Shown one piece after another: positions 16,069 to 24,343 of a stretch of DNA of 64,000 nt; position 1 is the first letter of the stretch; each line of letters starts with the position of its first letter. The notes beneath the pieces are model-generated. The model saw only the letters and a program-made list of their open reading frames with translations, was not told the origin of the DNA and did not search any database. The stretch is from assembly GCA_963716565.1 (NCBI GenBank), contig OY970318.1:580284-644283 (forward strand), written 5' to 3'. A program made the position numbers and the translations under genes. The DNA comes from an uncultured Candidatus Saccharibacteria bacterium (GTDB lineage: Bacteria > Patescibacteriota > Saccharimonadia > Saccharimonadales > CAIOMD01).

Positions 16069-16491
16069 TTATCCCGTTGTAGTACCGTCGCCAACGTTAG
16101 TTATCACAAACCGAACAATTACCTGAGCTAGGGCAACAACGACTAAGCCAATAATGGCATACATAATCGTATTTTTAGCACCAGTAACGCCCTTTTCTTG
16201 GCCGCCAGAGGTAACGTATCTAAGACCAGCAATAATAATCATTATTACTGCAATTACGCCTACTACCCAAGATACAATATTGATAATCTTTTTAATAATA
16301 GACTGAGCAGATGATGTAGTTTCGTCATCTGGGATTGTACAGAGTCCATTCACCCATTCTCCGCCTCGCGTACCACATGCAAGTGGCGTGTCATCGGCTT
16401 GCGCCACAATTATTCCGCCGACACCCACAAAAGGGAACAGAGCCATAGACATAACACCAAGCGTTGCCAATATTGATTTAACTTTTTTCAT
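16069..16491 (-). CDS. VirB2/TrbC-like T4SS pilin paralog P1
   Basis: Signal peptide, Cys-bracketed loop LACGTRGGEWVNGLC, then the conserved two-helix core IVSWVVGVIAVIMIIIAGLRYVTSGG..AKNTIMYAIIGLVVVALAQVIVRFVI. Confidence 0.7.
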   Translation of the reverse strand: MKKVKSILATLGVMSMALFPFVGVGGIIVAQADDTPLACGTRGGEWVNGLCTIPDDETTSSAQSIIKKIINIVSWVVGVIAVIMIIIAGLRYVTSGGQEKGVTGAKNTIMYAIIGLVVVALAQVIVRFVITNVGDGTTTG

Positions 16492-16526
16492 CTACTTTTG
16501 TTCCTTATAGTTATTCTTATGCTTGT

Positions 16527-16536
16527 TTTATACCAC
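16527..16536 (-). promoter_or_regulatory. extended -10 element (GTGGTATAAA on minus strand) for P1
   Basis: TGnTATAAA lies about 30 nt upstream of ATG 16491. The same element and spacing occur upstream of P2. Confidence 0.4.
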
Positions 16537-16592
16537 TATTTACCCATCAAGACAATATGATTCTATGCAATTGGGCCAAGGATTTAGTTTTG

Positions 16593-17030
16593 TTAAACCT
16601 GTTTTATAACAAAATTAACAATTACCTGAGATAGGGCAACAACTACGATACCTATTAGGGCGTAAACAATTGTAGATCTGGCCTTTTTGGCCTTTTCGGG
16701 GTTGCCGGCCGACGTCGTAAACATCAGCCCCGAAGCTATAATCATAATCACCGAGATTGCGCCCACTACCCAAGAAACAATAGTGATTACCGTTTTGATT
16801 ACATCATTTACCGTAGAGGTGGGCGCGGCAACTGACGACGAGTCAAGATAGCATCCCGTAACACTGCCAACGGTAGTCCAGTCACCGTTCCTCGTTCCAC
16901 ATTCAGTCGGGGTAGTAATGTCCTTATTATAAGTAGGAGCCGCAAAAGACACCGCCGTAAAGCCCATAACTGAAACTAGCGATAATAACAAAATACCAAC
17001 GGCCGCTAACATCATCTTAATTTTTTTCAT
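16593..17030 (-). CDS. VirB2/TrbC-like T4SS pilin paralog P2
   Basis: Signal peptide, loop ECGTRNGDWTTVGSVTGC, core IVSWVVGAISVIMIIASGLMFTTSAGNPEKAKKARSTIVYALIGIVVVALSQVIVNFVI. Confidence 0.7.
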   Translation of the reverse strand: MKKIKMMLAAVGILLLSLVSVMGFTAVSFAAPTYNKDITTPTECGTRNGDWTTVGSVTGCYLDSSSVAAPTSTVNDVIKTVITIVSWVVGAISVIMIIASGLMFTTSAGNPEKAKKARSTIVYALIGIVVVALSQVIVNFVIKQV

Positions 17031-17061
17031 ACAATTTTATTCCTTTGATTACTTAATTACC

Positions 17062-17071
17062 TTTATACCAT
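17062..17071 (-). promoter_or_regulatory. extended -10 element (ATGGTATAAA on minus strand) for P2
   Basis: TGnTATAAA lies about 30 nt upstream of ATG 17030. Confidence 0.4.
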
Positions 17072-17132
17072 TAGAATTTTTAAACAGCAACCCGGCCATT
17101 AGCATAATTAAGAAGATTGGTGCCGTTTTGGT

Positions 17133-17513
17133 CTAGTTAACCTTTTTGATAACAAAATTAACAATCACTTGAGCCAATATAACAACTACTAATCCGATCA
17201 AGGCATACGTAATGGTAGATCTGGCCTTTTTTGTTTTTTCGGAATCACCGCCCGATGTTGCAAACGATAGCCCAGCAATTACTATCATAATGGCCGCAAT
17301 AACCCCCACTATCCAAGAAAGCAGATTAATTACTGTTTTAATCACTTTGTTAACCTCACCGCCACTAGTACAAACACCCGTGTCGGGGTTAACGCCCTTA
17401 CAAACTTCACTGGCTTGTGCGGCAACGGATACTGCCGGTACTGCTACAACCATAGAAGTTAACAGGCCCATGGCAGACACAATCACTATGGCAATTCTTG
17501 ACAATGTATTCAC
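17133..17513 (-). CDS. VirB2/TrbC-like T4SS pilin paralog P3
   Basis: GTG start preceded by GGAGGG; loop EVCKGVNPDTGVC; core LLSWIVGVIAAIMIVIAGLSFATSGGDSEKTKKARSTITYALIGLVVVILAQVIVNFVI. Confidence 0.7.
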   Translation of the reverse strand: MNTLSRIAIVIVSAMGLLTSMVVAVPAVSVAAQASEVCKGVNPDTGVCTSGGEVNKVIKTVINLLSWIVGVIAAIMIVIAGLSFATSGGDSEKTKKARSTITYALIGLVVVILAQVIVNFVIKKVN

Positions 17514-17527
17514 TAAAGCCCTCCTTT

Positions 17528-17935
17528 TTATAGCCTGCTAAGCGCAAACATTATTAATGTTCTGGCAACTAATACCACCGCTAGGCCGACAAGGGCATAG
17601 ATTATACCGTTGCGAGCCTCTGCCACCTTTTGCGAGTTACCTTGGGCGGTAGAAATTTTAATTGCCTGGATGATAATCCAAAAGACACCAATTACACCGG
17701 CTGCATAAGAAATCAGGTTAGTGACCTTGTAGACAATGCCATCGCTGCCAACTGGATCTTTATTAGGGTCACTTATAGACGCGCAATAGGCCGGCTTATC
17801 GCTGCCAGTCCAGCTCGCACAAATTTGTTCGGGAGTTTCAGCCAATACGGGTTGCCCTACAAACAGAAGTAGCGATACCGCGACTGTCAGCATAGCTACA
17901 AGCAGCATCCCCAACTTGGTCGTAAAACTACGCAT
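17528..17935 (-). CDS. VirB2/TrbC-like T4SS pilin paralog P4 (more divergent)
   Basis: Signal peptide, loop QICASWTGSDKPAYC, core LISYAAGVIGVFWIIIQAIKISTAQGNSQKVAEARNGIIYALVGLAVVLVARTLIMF. Its ATG overlaps the upstream stop (TAATG). Confidence 0.65.
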   Translation of the reverse strand: MRSFTTKLGMLLVAMLTVAVSLLLFVGQPVLAETPEQICASWTGSDKPAYCASISDPNKDPVGSDGIVYKVTNLISYAAGVIGVFWIIIQAIKISTAQGNSQKVAEARNGIIYALVGLAVVLVARTLIMFALSRL

Positions 17936-18711
17936 TAGACTGCCTTCTTAATTACAAAGTTGATAATCGTAGAGGCTAAAATCGCTACCGCCAAGCCGGT
18001 GAGGGCAAAGTAAATGGCGCTACGGGCTTTTTTGACTTTGTCGGGATTAGCGCTAGAAACCATAAACTGTATACCAGAAACGATTATAGTTATAACGCTA
18101 AGCGCGCCAAGTATCGTTAAAGCATAATTTGATATAGTCACAAAAGATCCAGTCGTGTCTGCAGTTACTAGGCCCCAATCATTTGTACCTGCGCTACTGC
18201 TTAATTTATTAGCGATAAAAGACACTGTTCGACCAGCGATTATAGCCATCACCGCGCCCACAATGGCGTTAGCTAGGGTTTTGCGGGCCGAAGCTATGGT
18301 ATCGGGCGCACCCTGGGCGGTCACGAATTTAAAACCGCCAATCATTACAAAAGCCACAGCCACCATGCCAGCTATCGTAAGAAGTATTTCTATCACCGCA
18401 AAGCCAATCAGCCAGATAGCCGTATGGTCGAACTTTCCAACCGGGCCCGAACCGGTATCCATTTTAATTGTGCAGTCATCTTTAAATGTTAGGTACTTAT
18501 ACCACAACGGAAAAATCAAGAAGCTGCCACCCCTGCATTGTTCGGCCGTCTTGTCGGCAAAGGTGGTTACTACTAATTCGCCTGCGTTTTTCTGACTAAT
18601 TGCTTTTGTTGGAGCCACCAAGAACAACCCAAACATCGCCAGCGCCACACAAAAACCAAATATTGTAAGACTAATCCGCTTTCTCAAAATACACCCCCCG
18701 GTATTAACCAT
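17935..18711 (-). CDS. tandem double pilin-module protein P5 (two VirB2-like two-helix cores in one chain)
   Basis: Module A: ILLTIAGMVAVAFVMIGGFKFVTAQGAPDTIASARKTLANAIVGAVMAIIAG. Module B: LTILGALSVITIIVSGIQFMVSSANPDKVKKARSAIYFALTGLAVAILASTIINFVIKK. The N-terminal loop is bracketed by Cys (EQC...DDC). An alternative TTG start lies at 18687. Confidence 0.65.
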   Translation of the reverse strand: MVNTGGCILRKRISLTIFGFCVALAMFGLFLVAPTKAISQKNAGELVVTTFADKTAEQCRGGSFLIFPLWYKYLTFKDDCTIKMDTGSGPVGKFDHTAIWLIGFAVIEILLTIAGMVAVAFVMIGGFKFVTAQGAPDTIASARKTLANAIVGAVMAIIAGRTVSFIANKLSSSAGTNDWGLVTADTTGSFVTISNYALTILGALSVITIIVSGIQFMVSSANPDKVKKARSAIYFALTGLAVAILASTIINFVIKKAV

Positions 18712-18968
18712 TGCAAGAAAGAATACAAGAATATATAAGCAACTATACCTATTAACACGTTAGTGATTTTAGTTTTAGCGGCCTTCACCCCATTAGGGTC
18801 GCCACCAGAAGCTGAATATTGTATAGCGCCAATAATAAGTACAATGACTGCCGCCACCAAAACTGCACCAGACAAAATGTTCACTCCCCATTTTAATAAA
18901 TCCATTATCTGCCCGGGAGGCGTTGCGCCAGCACCAACAAAACTAAGAAAGGCTTCTTTTATTTTCAT
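18684..18968 (-). CDS. minimal VirB2/TrbC-like pilin paralog P6 (94 aa)
   Basis: Core ILSGAVLVAAVIVLIIGAIQYSASGGDPNGVKAAKTKITNVLIGIVAYIFLYSFL. It has no Cys loop and is the first gene of the minus-strand pilin string. Confidence 0.6.
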   Translation of the reverse strand: MKIKEAFLSFVGAGATPPGQIMDLLKWGVNILSGAVLVAAVIVLIIGAIQYSASGGDPNGVKAAKTKITNVLIGIVAYIFLYSFLQWLIPGGVF

Positions 18969-19039
18969 TTATTTAACCTAGTTCTTATTTTTTCATCATT
19001 TACACGCTTTTACAATCGTTTGCCCTTATTAAGTCGGTT

Positions 19040-19068
19040 TTTACTTTTTAAAAATTAAGAGATATACT
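19040..19068 (+). promoter_or_regulatory. promoter candidate for the plus-strand T4SS operon
   Basis: TTTACT (19040-19045), 17-nt AT-rich spacer, TATACT (19063-19068), 23 nt before ATG 19091. Confidence 0.35.
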
Positions 19069-19090
19069 ACATCTTGTAATAAGCATAAGC

Positions 19091-22000
19091 ATGGGGCTAC
19101 ATGTAGTGGGCAATACAAAATTAAAATCCGTTAAGAAAAAAATATTCTTATTCTTATTTGGTGGCTTGTTTGCTCTGAGCCTTTTTATTCAATACATACC
19201 CAACACCGCAAGCGCAAATACCGCTTTTGATGAGCGTGCATATAGAGAGACTTGGGCTCATACAGCCATGCTTAAGCTTCATATTATTGATTTTGCAACA
19301 AACTGTTACATACCAGGGCTCTATACTGTCAACGATGCGCGAGGGGGCTATTTTTTGTGGAGTAACGAAGGTCAAAATGTAGATATAGGATTTTATAGTG
19401 AGCCCGATGACGGTCGGTATCATTGTTGGGAGCTTTCTGTGGCACTTGGACGCATCGTGAAAGATTACTGGGGATACAACGAAATAGTGGATTTCGTAGA
19501 AGCATCTGGTTTTCCTAAAATTATAAGAGATAGGCTGCAGGAGCCGGGCGGCTCTAACGATTTAATATTCCACCCCTATAGAAGCGATGGCAGCATTAAC
19601 GAGGATATTGTTTATAAATTAAACAGGGATACACAGCTAACCCATTCGGTAGAAGCGGATAGTTTTTGGGAGATTTTTGGGATGGATCACGACATGGATG
19701 AAAGGGCCGAGGATCTTGATCCCACATTTTTGTACATGAATCCAGACGCAGCCATAAAAGAAAGTGAGGGCGTTTATAGAATTACAAAAGATGTTCCTGA
19801 TGCATCAACAAGAAAATCAATTCTTTTTAAATTGTTTGATGCAATTCCCGATCAATATCAAGACGTAGTCCGCAGAGATGATGGTACGAGTGAAATAGCC
19901 ACAAAAGCTGTCTTATACAGCTTATTTTATTGGAATTTTGCCGATGGCAAATGTGGAGCCAAATTTAGCAGTCTGTATTCCGCGGCCGCTCCTGAGATAA
20001 AGGCGCAGGTAGATAAATTGGATACTGATCCAAACACCGACACGACATTAGGGGCAACCGGTGGCTTTCAGTATTTTCCAATATATGGCATAGACCCCGG
20101 CGGCGCGTCAGGGTATACCACGCAAAAGTTAGTTTTTTCACTGCCTTCTAATTTTAAGGAAGATGACGGGCGGCGAATGGGGTGGTGGGCTTACCAATAT
20201 GGCGTGAGGCAGCCCGGTGACGATGATGATGAAGTATATAGCTGCAGACAGGCTGCTTACTGGCTATACCACAATAAAGCTCAGGCTGATGCGTTTGGTC
20301 AGTGGCTACAAGCCAATGGTGTTGCGCCTAGACTACCAGGCGATAGCACGACTGATCCGCCACCACCCAGCCCAGACGATCCGCCAGGAGACGAAGACGG
20401 CACCGACTATTCGAATACCTGTGAGGCTAAGCTGTCTTTTGGTTGGTTAATCTGTAAAGTCCTTAACGGCGTAGATAACCTGGTTGATTGGATACCAGAC
20501 GCGATAAAAAGCCAGATGGAGATCACTCCGAAAGACTATGAAGGCGTAGACAATACGCCCACTAAGGGCTCTCTATATAAAACTTGGTCGACAGTAAGAA
20601 ATATTGCTACTATTGTTGTTGTCCTTATTGCTTTGTTTATGATATTAGCCCAGATATTAAGCTTTGACTTTGTTAGTGCTTATACGATTAAAAAAGTTAT
20701 GCCGCGCTTGGTAATAGCGGTTATATTCATGCAGCTATCATGGATTATCTTTGCAAACGTAATAGACATTTTTAATATTTTAGGCAACGGCATGATGGAA
20801 CTTATTTTAGGGCCTTTCGGCGGCGAATCAGACGTTGGTCCGATGATACAGCGCCTATACGAAGTAGATAAGGGCGCCGTGTTATCCGGAGCTGGCCTGG
20901 GCGCAATAGGCGTAATAATCTTAGGGGTCGCGGCCATAGGAGCAGCTGGCATTAGTTTTGTATTGATAGGCTTAGCCCTTTTCATATTTTTCGGCATACT
21001 TTCTGTGTTCGTCACGCTAGCAATCAGAAAGATAGTGCTGATATTTTTATTGGCCTTAGCACCGCTAGCAATAGTGTTTTGGGTTTTGCCCAATACCCAA
21101 AAAGCGTGGAAGATGTGGTGGAGTAATTATTCTAAGTTATTAATGATGTTCCCGATTGCCATGGGATTCTTAGCAATAGGCCAGGCTTTTGCCAGCATGA
21201 CTTCTTATAACGCCCCTAGCGGTGAATTTGTGGGCTATTTTATTATATTAATAGCCTATTTCGGACCAATGTTTATGGTGCCAAAAACCTTTAAGATGGG
21301 CGGTTCAATAATGGCAGCCGTAGCTAAGGGCGTGAGCGACCTTAAAGACAAGTCCAAGAAGGGCATAAAAGAATCTATGCCAATGAAGAATTTAAAAGAA
21401 TCTCATCAATACAACAAACAAGCCAGGGGGCGTAGTTTGGCTGCCTCTGGAAGCAATCGCTTATCCAGGGCTTATGGAAGATGGCAGGCAGGGACAACTT
21501 GGCGCTATGGTCAGCACGGAGATTCAGCCAGTAGTGCAGCCGAAAAACAAAGAAAAGAAGATGCCGAGAACAGCATCATATCAGCTACTCGTAATCTGCA
21601 GGGCGCTGCAAAAACCGAAGCGCTGAGACGCATCATGGAACTTAGAGAAGGTCAGCACGCAGAAATTAATGGCCACAGAATTACGCATAGCCAACATGCG
21701 GTATCTGTAGCAGCGAGCCAATTGTTGGCTACGGGTGGGGATGATCAATTTAGGTCAACTATGTATGATTTGCAAGCAGCAGGTCAAGCGGCAGCTGCGC
21801 GTGGCGATCATGCAGTAGCAAGACAGCTCTATGAACAATACGCAACTATACAGTCCGATAATTTCCCAGAAATGAAGAAATCTGCCGCAGACCTTATCAG
21901 GGCATACAACCCCAATGATCCAGCTTTTGGTGGCAATGCTAGCCTTACAACGCCTGGCTCTTTCGAATCATCCAACCTTTCGGTGGACCTACTTACTAGT

Positions 22001-22345
22001 GCATATAGGAACATCATCAGGCCTGCTAGCGCAACTTCAGCGACACCAGGCAGCGCCGATTATGACCCGACTCGGGGCACATATCAAAGAGATTTTCAGG
22101 CGGCGGTTACAGCCGGACCGGCTGCTATTGGTGAGCTCCAAGGATTTGCACAACAGATCAATACGATTGCTGGAGACCCTAAGACCCAAAGAGAGATGGG
22201 GCCGCAAAAAATGTCTTACTTTATTGGGCTGCATCCCGTCGTAGCACAGGTATTAAACAGTAACGGGGCAATGAGGATGGATGTTACTGGTGGAGTATTG
22301 CGCGCCGTTCCTAATGCTCCGCAAGAAGTACGAGTAATCCCTTAA
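19091..22345 (+). CDS. VirB6/TrbL-like polytopic T4SS channel protein with large N-terminal ectodomain (1084 aa)
   Basis: Signal-anchor helix, ~430-aa soluble region, Pro/Asp linker TTDPPPPSPDDPPGDEDG, a block of about 7 TM helices (nt ~20590-21300) and a ~330-aa hydrophilic tail. It sits immediately upstream of the PrgI/VirB4 genes. Confidence 0.5.
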   Translation: MGLHVVGNTKLKSVKKKIFLFLFGGLFALSLFIQYIPNTASANTAFDERAYRETWAHTAMLKLHIIDFATNCYIPGLYTVNDARGGYFLWSNEGQNVDIGFYSEPDDGRYHCWELSVALGRIVKDYWGYNEIVDFVEASGFPKIIRDRLQEPGGSNDLIFHPYRSDGSINEDIVYKLNRDTQLTHSVEADSFWEIFGMDHDMDERAEDLDPTFLYMNPDAAIKESEGVYRITKDVPDASTRKSILFKLFDAIPDQYQDVVRRDDGTSEIATKAVLYSLFYWNFADGKCGAKFSSLYSAAAPEIKAQVDKLDTDPNTDTTLGATGGFQYFPIYGIDPGGASGYTTQKLVFSLPSNFKEDDGRRMGWWAYQYGVRQPGDDDDEVYSCRQAAYWLYHNKAQADAFGQWLQANGVAPRLPGDSTTDPPPPSPDDPPGDEDGTDYSNTCEAKLSFGWLICKVLNGVDNLVDWIPDAIKSQMEITPKDYEGVDNTPTKGSLYKTWSTVRNIATIVVVLIALFMILAQILSFDFVSAYTIKKVMPRLVIAVIFMQLSWIIFANVIDIFNILGNGMMELILGPFGGESDVGPMIQRLYEVDKGAVLSGAGLGAIGVIILGVAAIGAAGISFVLIGLALFIFFGILSVFVTLAIRKIVLIFLLALAPLAIVFWVLPNTQKAWKMWWSNYSKLLMMFPIAMGFLAIGQAFASMTSYNAPSGEFVGYFIILIAYFGPMFMVPKTFKMGGSIMAAVAKGVSDLKDKSKKGIKESMPMKNLKESHQYNKQARGRSLAASGSNRLSRAYGRWQAGTTWRYGQHGDSASSAAEKQRKEDAENSIISATRNLQGAAKTEALRRIMELREGQHAEINGHRITHSQHAVSVAASQLLATGGDDQFRSTMYDLQAAGQAAAARGDHAVARQLYEQYATIQSDNFPEMKKSAADLIRAYNPNDPAFGGNASLTTPGSFESSNLSVDLLTSAYRNIIRPASATSATPGSADYDPTRGTYQRDFQAAVTAGPAAIGELQGFAQQINTIAGDPKTQREMGPQKMSYFIGLHPVVAQVLNSNGAMRMDVTGGVLRAVPNAPQEVRVIP

Positions 22346-22355
22346 GGCATTAACT

Positions 22356-23387
22356 ATGGCAGAATACAAAGTAATCCAAGACATCGAAGCCGAAAACAAG
22401 CTTATCGGCCCCCTAACGTTAAAACAGTTTATTTTTGCCTGTATATCTTTTGGCTCTGGGTTTTTAGGCTTTATGATTGCCTCTAAAACAAGCCCAGTCG
22501 CTTTTATACCGTTTTTGCCATTTGTTATAATCCCTGGCGTTCTAGCCGCTCCGTTTGGCAAAGATCAGCCCACCGATATTTGGCTAGCGGCTAAGATTCG
22601 CTTTTTAATCAAGCCCCGCAAGCGCATTTGGGACCAGAGCGGTATAAAAAACTTGGTAAACATTACTGTCCCCAAAAAGGTTGTCCAACAATTAACAAAA
22701 AACCTAAACCAACAAGAGGTTAAAAGCCACCTACAAGCTTTAGCCGATATTATGGATACTCGCGGATGGGCCGCCAAAAGCGAAGACCTCAACTTATATA
22801 CCACACCTGCCTACGAAGTAGCCACAGAAAGCGATCGGCTGATTGACATCGATACCACCCCCGTAGCAGTACCAGATGTTAACGTTACCGCTGCCGACGA
22901 TATTCTAGATACTCAAAATAATGCCACAGCCAAACAGTTCGACACCATGATTAAAACTTCTTCTGCCAAACAACGCAAAGCCGCCGTAGAGCACATGAAA
23001 AAACTTTCTAAAACCCTAGACGCCCAAAGAGCTACGGAAGCTACTGGGAGCAGCTCGGCACAAAATGGCTACACCGACTTAACTATGTTTGGCGAACAAG
23101 TGGTAGCACCCCATCAATCCATTGCAACGGCTCAATCTGAGCCATCAAATGAAGAAACCTTGCTAATTAACCAGTTCGATCAAGATAAAGACCGAGCAGC
23201 AAAAATCGCTCGGCTAACATCGCCACACCATAAGATTATTAATCCAACTTCTGGACCCGTGACATCCCTTAATAACCCTGATATAGTTAGTTTAGCAAAT
23301 GCTGACTTAAAGATTTCTACGATCGCCGGCCTAGCTAATCGTAAAAGCTCGGCAGACAGCGGTGAATTAACGGTCAATTTGCAATAA
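22356..23387 (+). CDS. PrgI-family / VirB3-like T4SS membrane protein with long low-complexity tail
   Basis: N-terminus MAEYKVIQDIEAENKLIGPLTLKQFIFACISFG followed by two TM helices, located upstream of virB4. Confidence 0.55.
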   Translation: MAEYKVIQDIEAENKLIGPLTLKQFIFACISFGSGFLGFMIASKTSPVAFIPFLPFVIIPGVLAAPFGKDQPTDIWLAAKIRFLIKPRKRIWDQSGIKNLVNITVPKKVVQQLTKNLNQQEVKSHLQALADIMDTRGWAAKSEDLNLYTTPAYEVATESDRLIDIDTTPVAVPDVNVTAADDILDTQNNATAKQFDTMIKTSSAKQRKAAVEHMKKLSKTLDAQRATEATGSSSAQNGYTDLTMFGEQVVAPHQSIATAQSEPSNEETLLINQFDQDKDRAAKIARLTSPHHKIINPTSGPVTSLNNPDIVSLANADLKISTIAGLANRKSSADSGELTVNLQ

Positions 23388-23393
23388 TGTGGG

Positions 23394-23411
23394 GTCCGGC
23401 AGCTGCCGGAC
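23394..23411. other. perfect 18-nt palindrome between cistrons
   Basis: GTCCGGCAGCTGCCGGAC is its own reverse complement. It lies between the stop at 23387 and ATG 23419. Confidence 0.8.
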
Positions 23412-23418
23412 GGCAATT

Positions 23419-24342
23419 ATGGACCCAGACGCACCATTAAACAACCAAAACCAAGATGTTTCTAGTCCAAATATGGGCGGGCTGCCCGGGTTCCCGGGCA
23501 TTGCTCCTATGCAAGAGGCCACACAACCCACCGGCCAAACAGGCACCGTTCAGCCTTCTTATACTTCACTATTAAATAAATCGAGACAACAGGGCACCCC
23601 TGCTGTTAGCCACCCAAAAGCTAACCCCAATAGCACCCAGAACACTCTGCTAATAAACGAAATCCGTGATGGGGTAGTTATTATGAACGACGGCTCATTC
23701 CGTTCGGTTGTAATGGCTAAATCTGTTAACTTTGACCTTATGAGCCCCCAAGAACAAGAGTCTGTTGAGTTTGCCTACCAAGGTTTTCTGAACTCTTTAT
23801 ATTTTCCAATTCAAATTTTTATTCATTCGCAAAAGATCGATATTGGCCCCTACATCGATAAACTAAGTAAAATCCGTAGCGAACACGACAACATGCTACT
23901 AGCTATGCTTATGGATGATTACGTAAGTTTTGTTGTTGATGTAGCCACCCAGGCTAATATTATGGATAAGAAATTCTACGTTGTTACACCGTTCTTCCCA
24001 GAAGCCGACACTCAAAAAGCCATTAAAGCCAGTAAGAACTTCTTAACCGGTATATTCGGTCAGAAAGACCAAACTGTAACTATTAACGAAGTCGATTTGC
24101 AAAAGGCCATCCAAGAGCTTCGCAATCGCACACAAGCCATCATGGGCGGCTTACAGCAATGCGGGATACAGTGCCTGCCGCTAGACACCCAAGAATTGAT
24201 TGAGCTCTATTATGATGCCTACAACCCCGATACTGCCACTCGCCAACAGCTTAAAAATTTTGATGATTTAACTGCGCCGGTTGTCACTAAGGGCATGGGC
24301 GTAGCCAGTCGGCCAAATCTAAGACGAGAGCTAGGGGATTAA
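23419..24342 (+). CDS. T4SS protein resembling the N-terminal (non-ATPase) domain of Gram-positive-type VirB4; possible split-gene half
   Basis: It has no TM helix. The segment DGSFRSVVMAKSVNFDLMSPQEQESVEFAYQGFLNSLYFPIQIFIHSQKID recalls VirB4/TrsE N-domains. Its stop at 24340-24342 is 1 nt before the virB4 ATG. Confidence 0.45.
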   Translation: MDPDAPLNNQNQDVSSPNMGGLPGFPGIAPMQEATQPTGQTGTVQPSYTSLLNKSRQQGTPAVSHPKANPNSTQNTLLINEIRDGVVIMNDGSFRSVVMAKSVNFDLMSPQEQESVEFAYQGFLNSLYFPIQIFIHSQKIDIGPYIDKLSKIRSEHDNMLLAMLMDDYVSFVVDVATQANIMDKKFYVVTPFFPEADTQKAIKASKNFLTGIFGQKDQTVTINEVDLQKAIQELRNRTQAIMGGLQQCGIQCLPLDTQELIELYYDAYNPDTATRQQLKNFDDLTAPVVTKGMGVASRPNLRRELGD

Positions 24343-24343
24343 A

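Noticed and set aside
16485-17030. Poly-A tracts at pilin gene starts (ATGAAAAAAG, ATGAAAAAAATT) as slipped-strand phase-variation switches
   Set aside because: The runs are only 6-7 nt and simply encode the common MKK signal-peptide start. There is no evidence of length heterogeneity from a single sequence.
18155-18595. Long antisense ORFs within well-supported genes (18155-18595 +, 20680-21093 -, 28230-28571 -, 35801-36193 +, 3783-4190 -, 11609-11950 +)
   Set aside because: They are shadow ORFs opposite genes with clear motifs. Their translations are low-complexity with no SD or start context.
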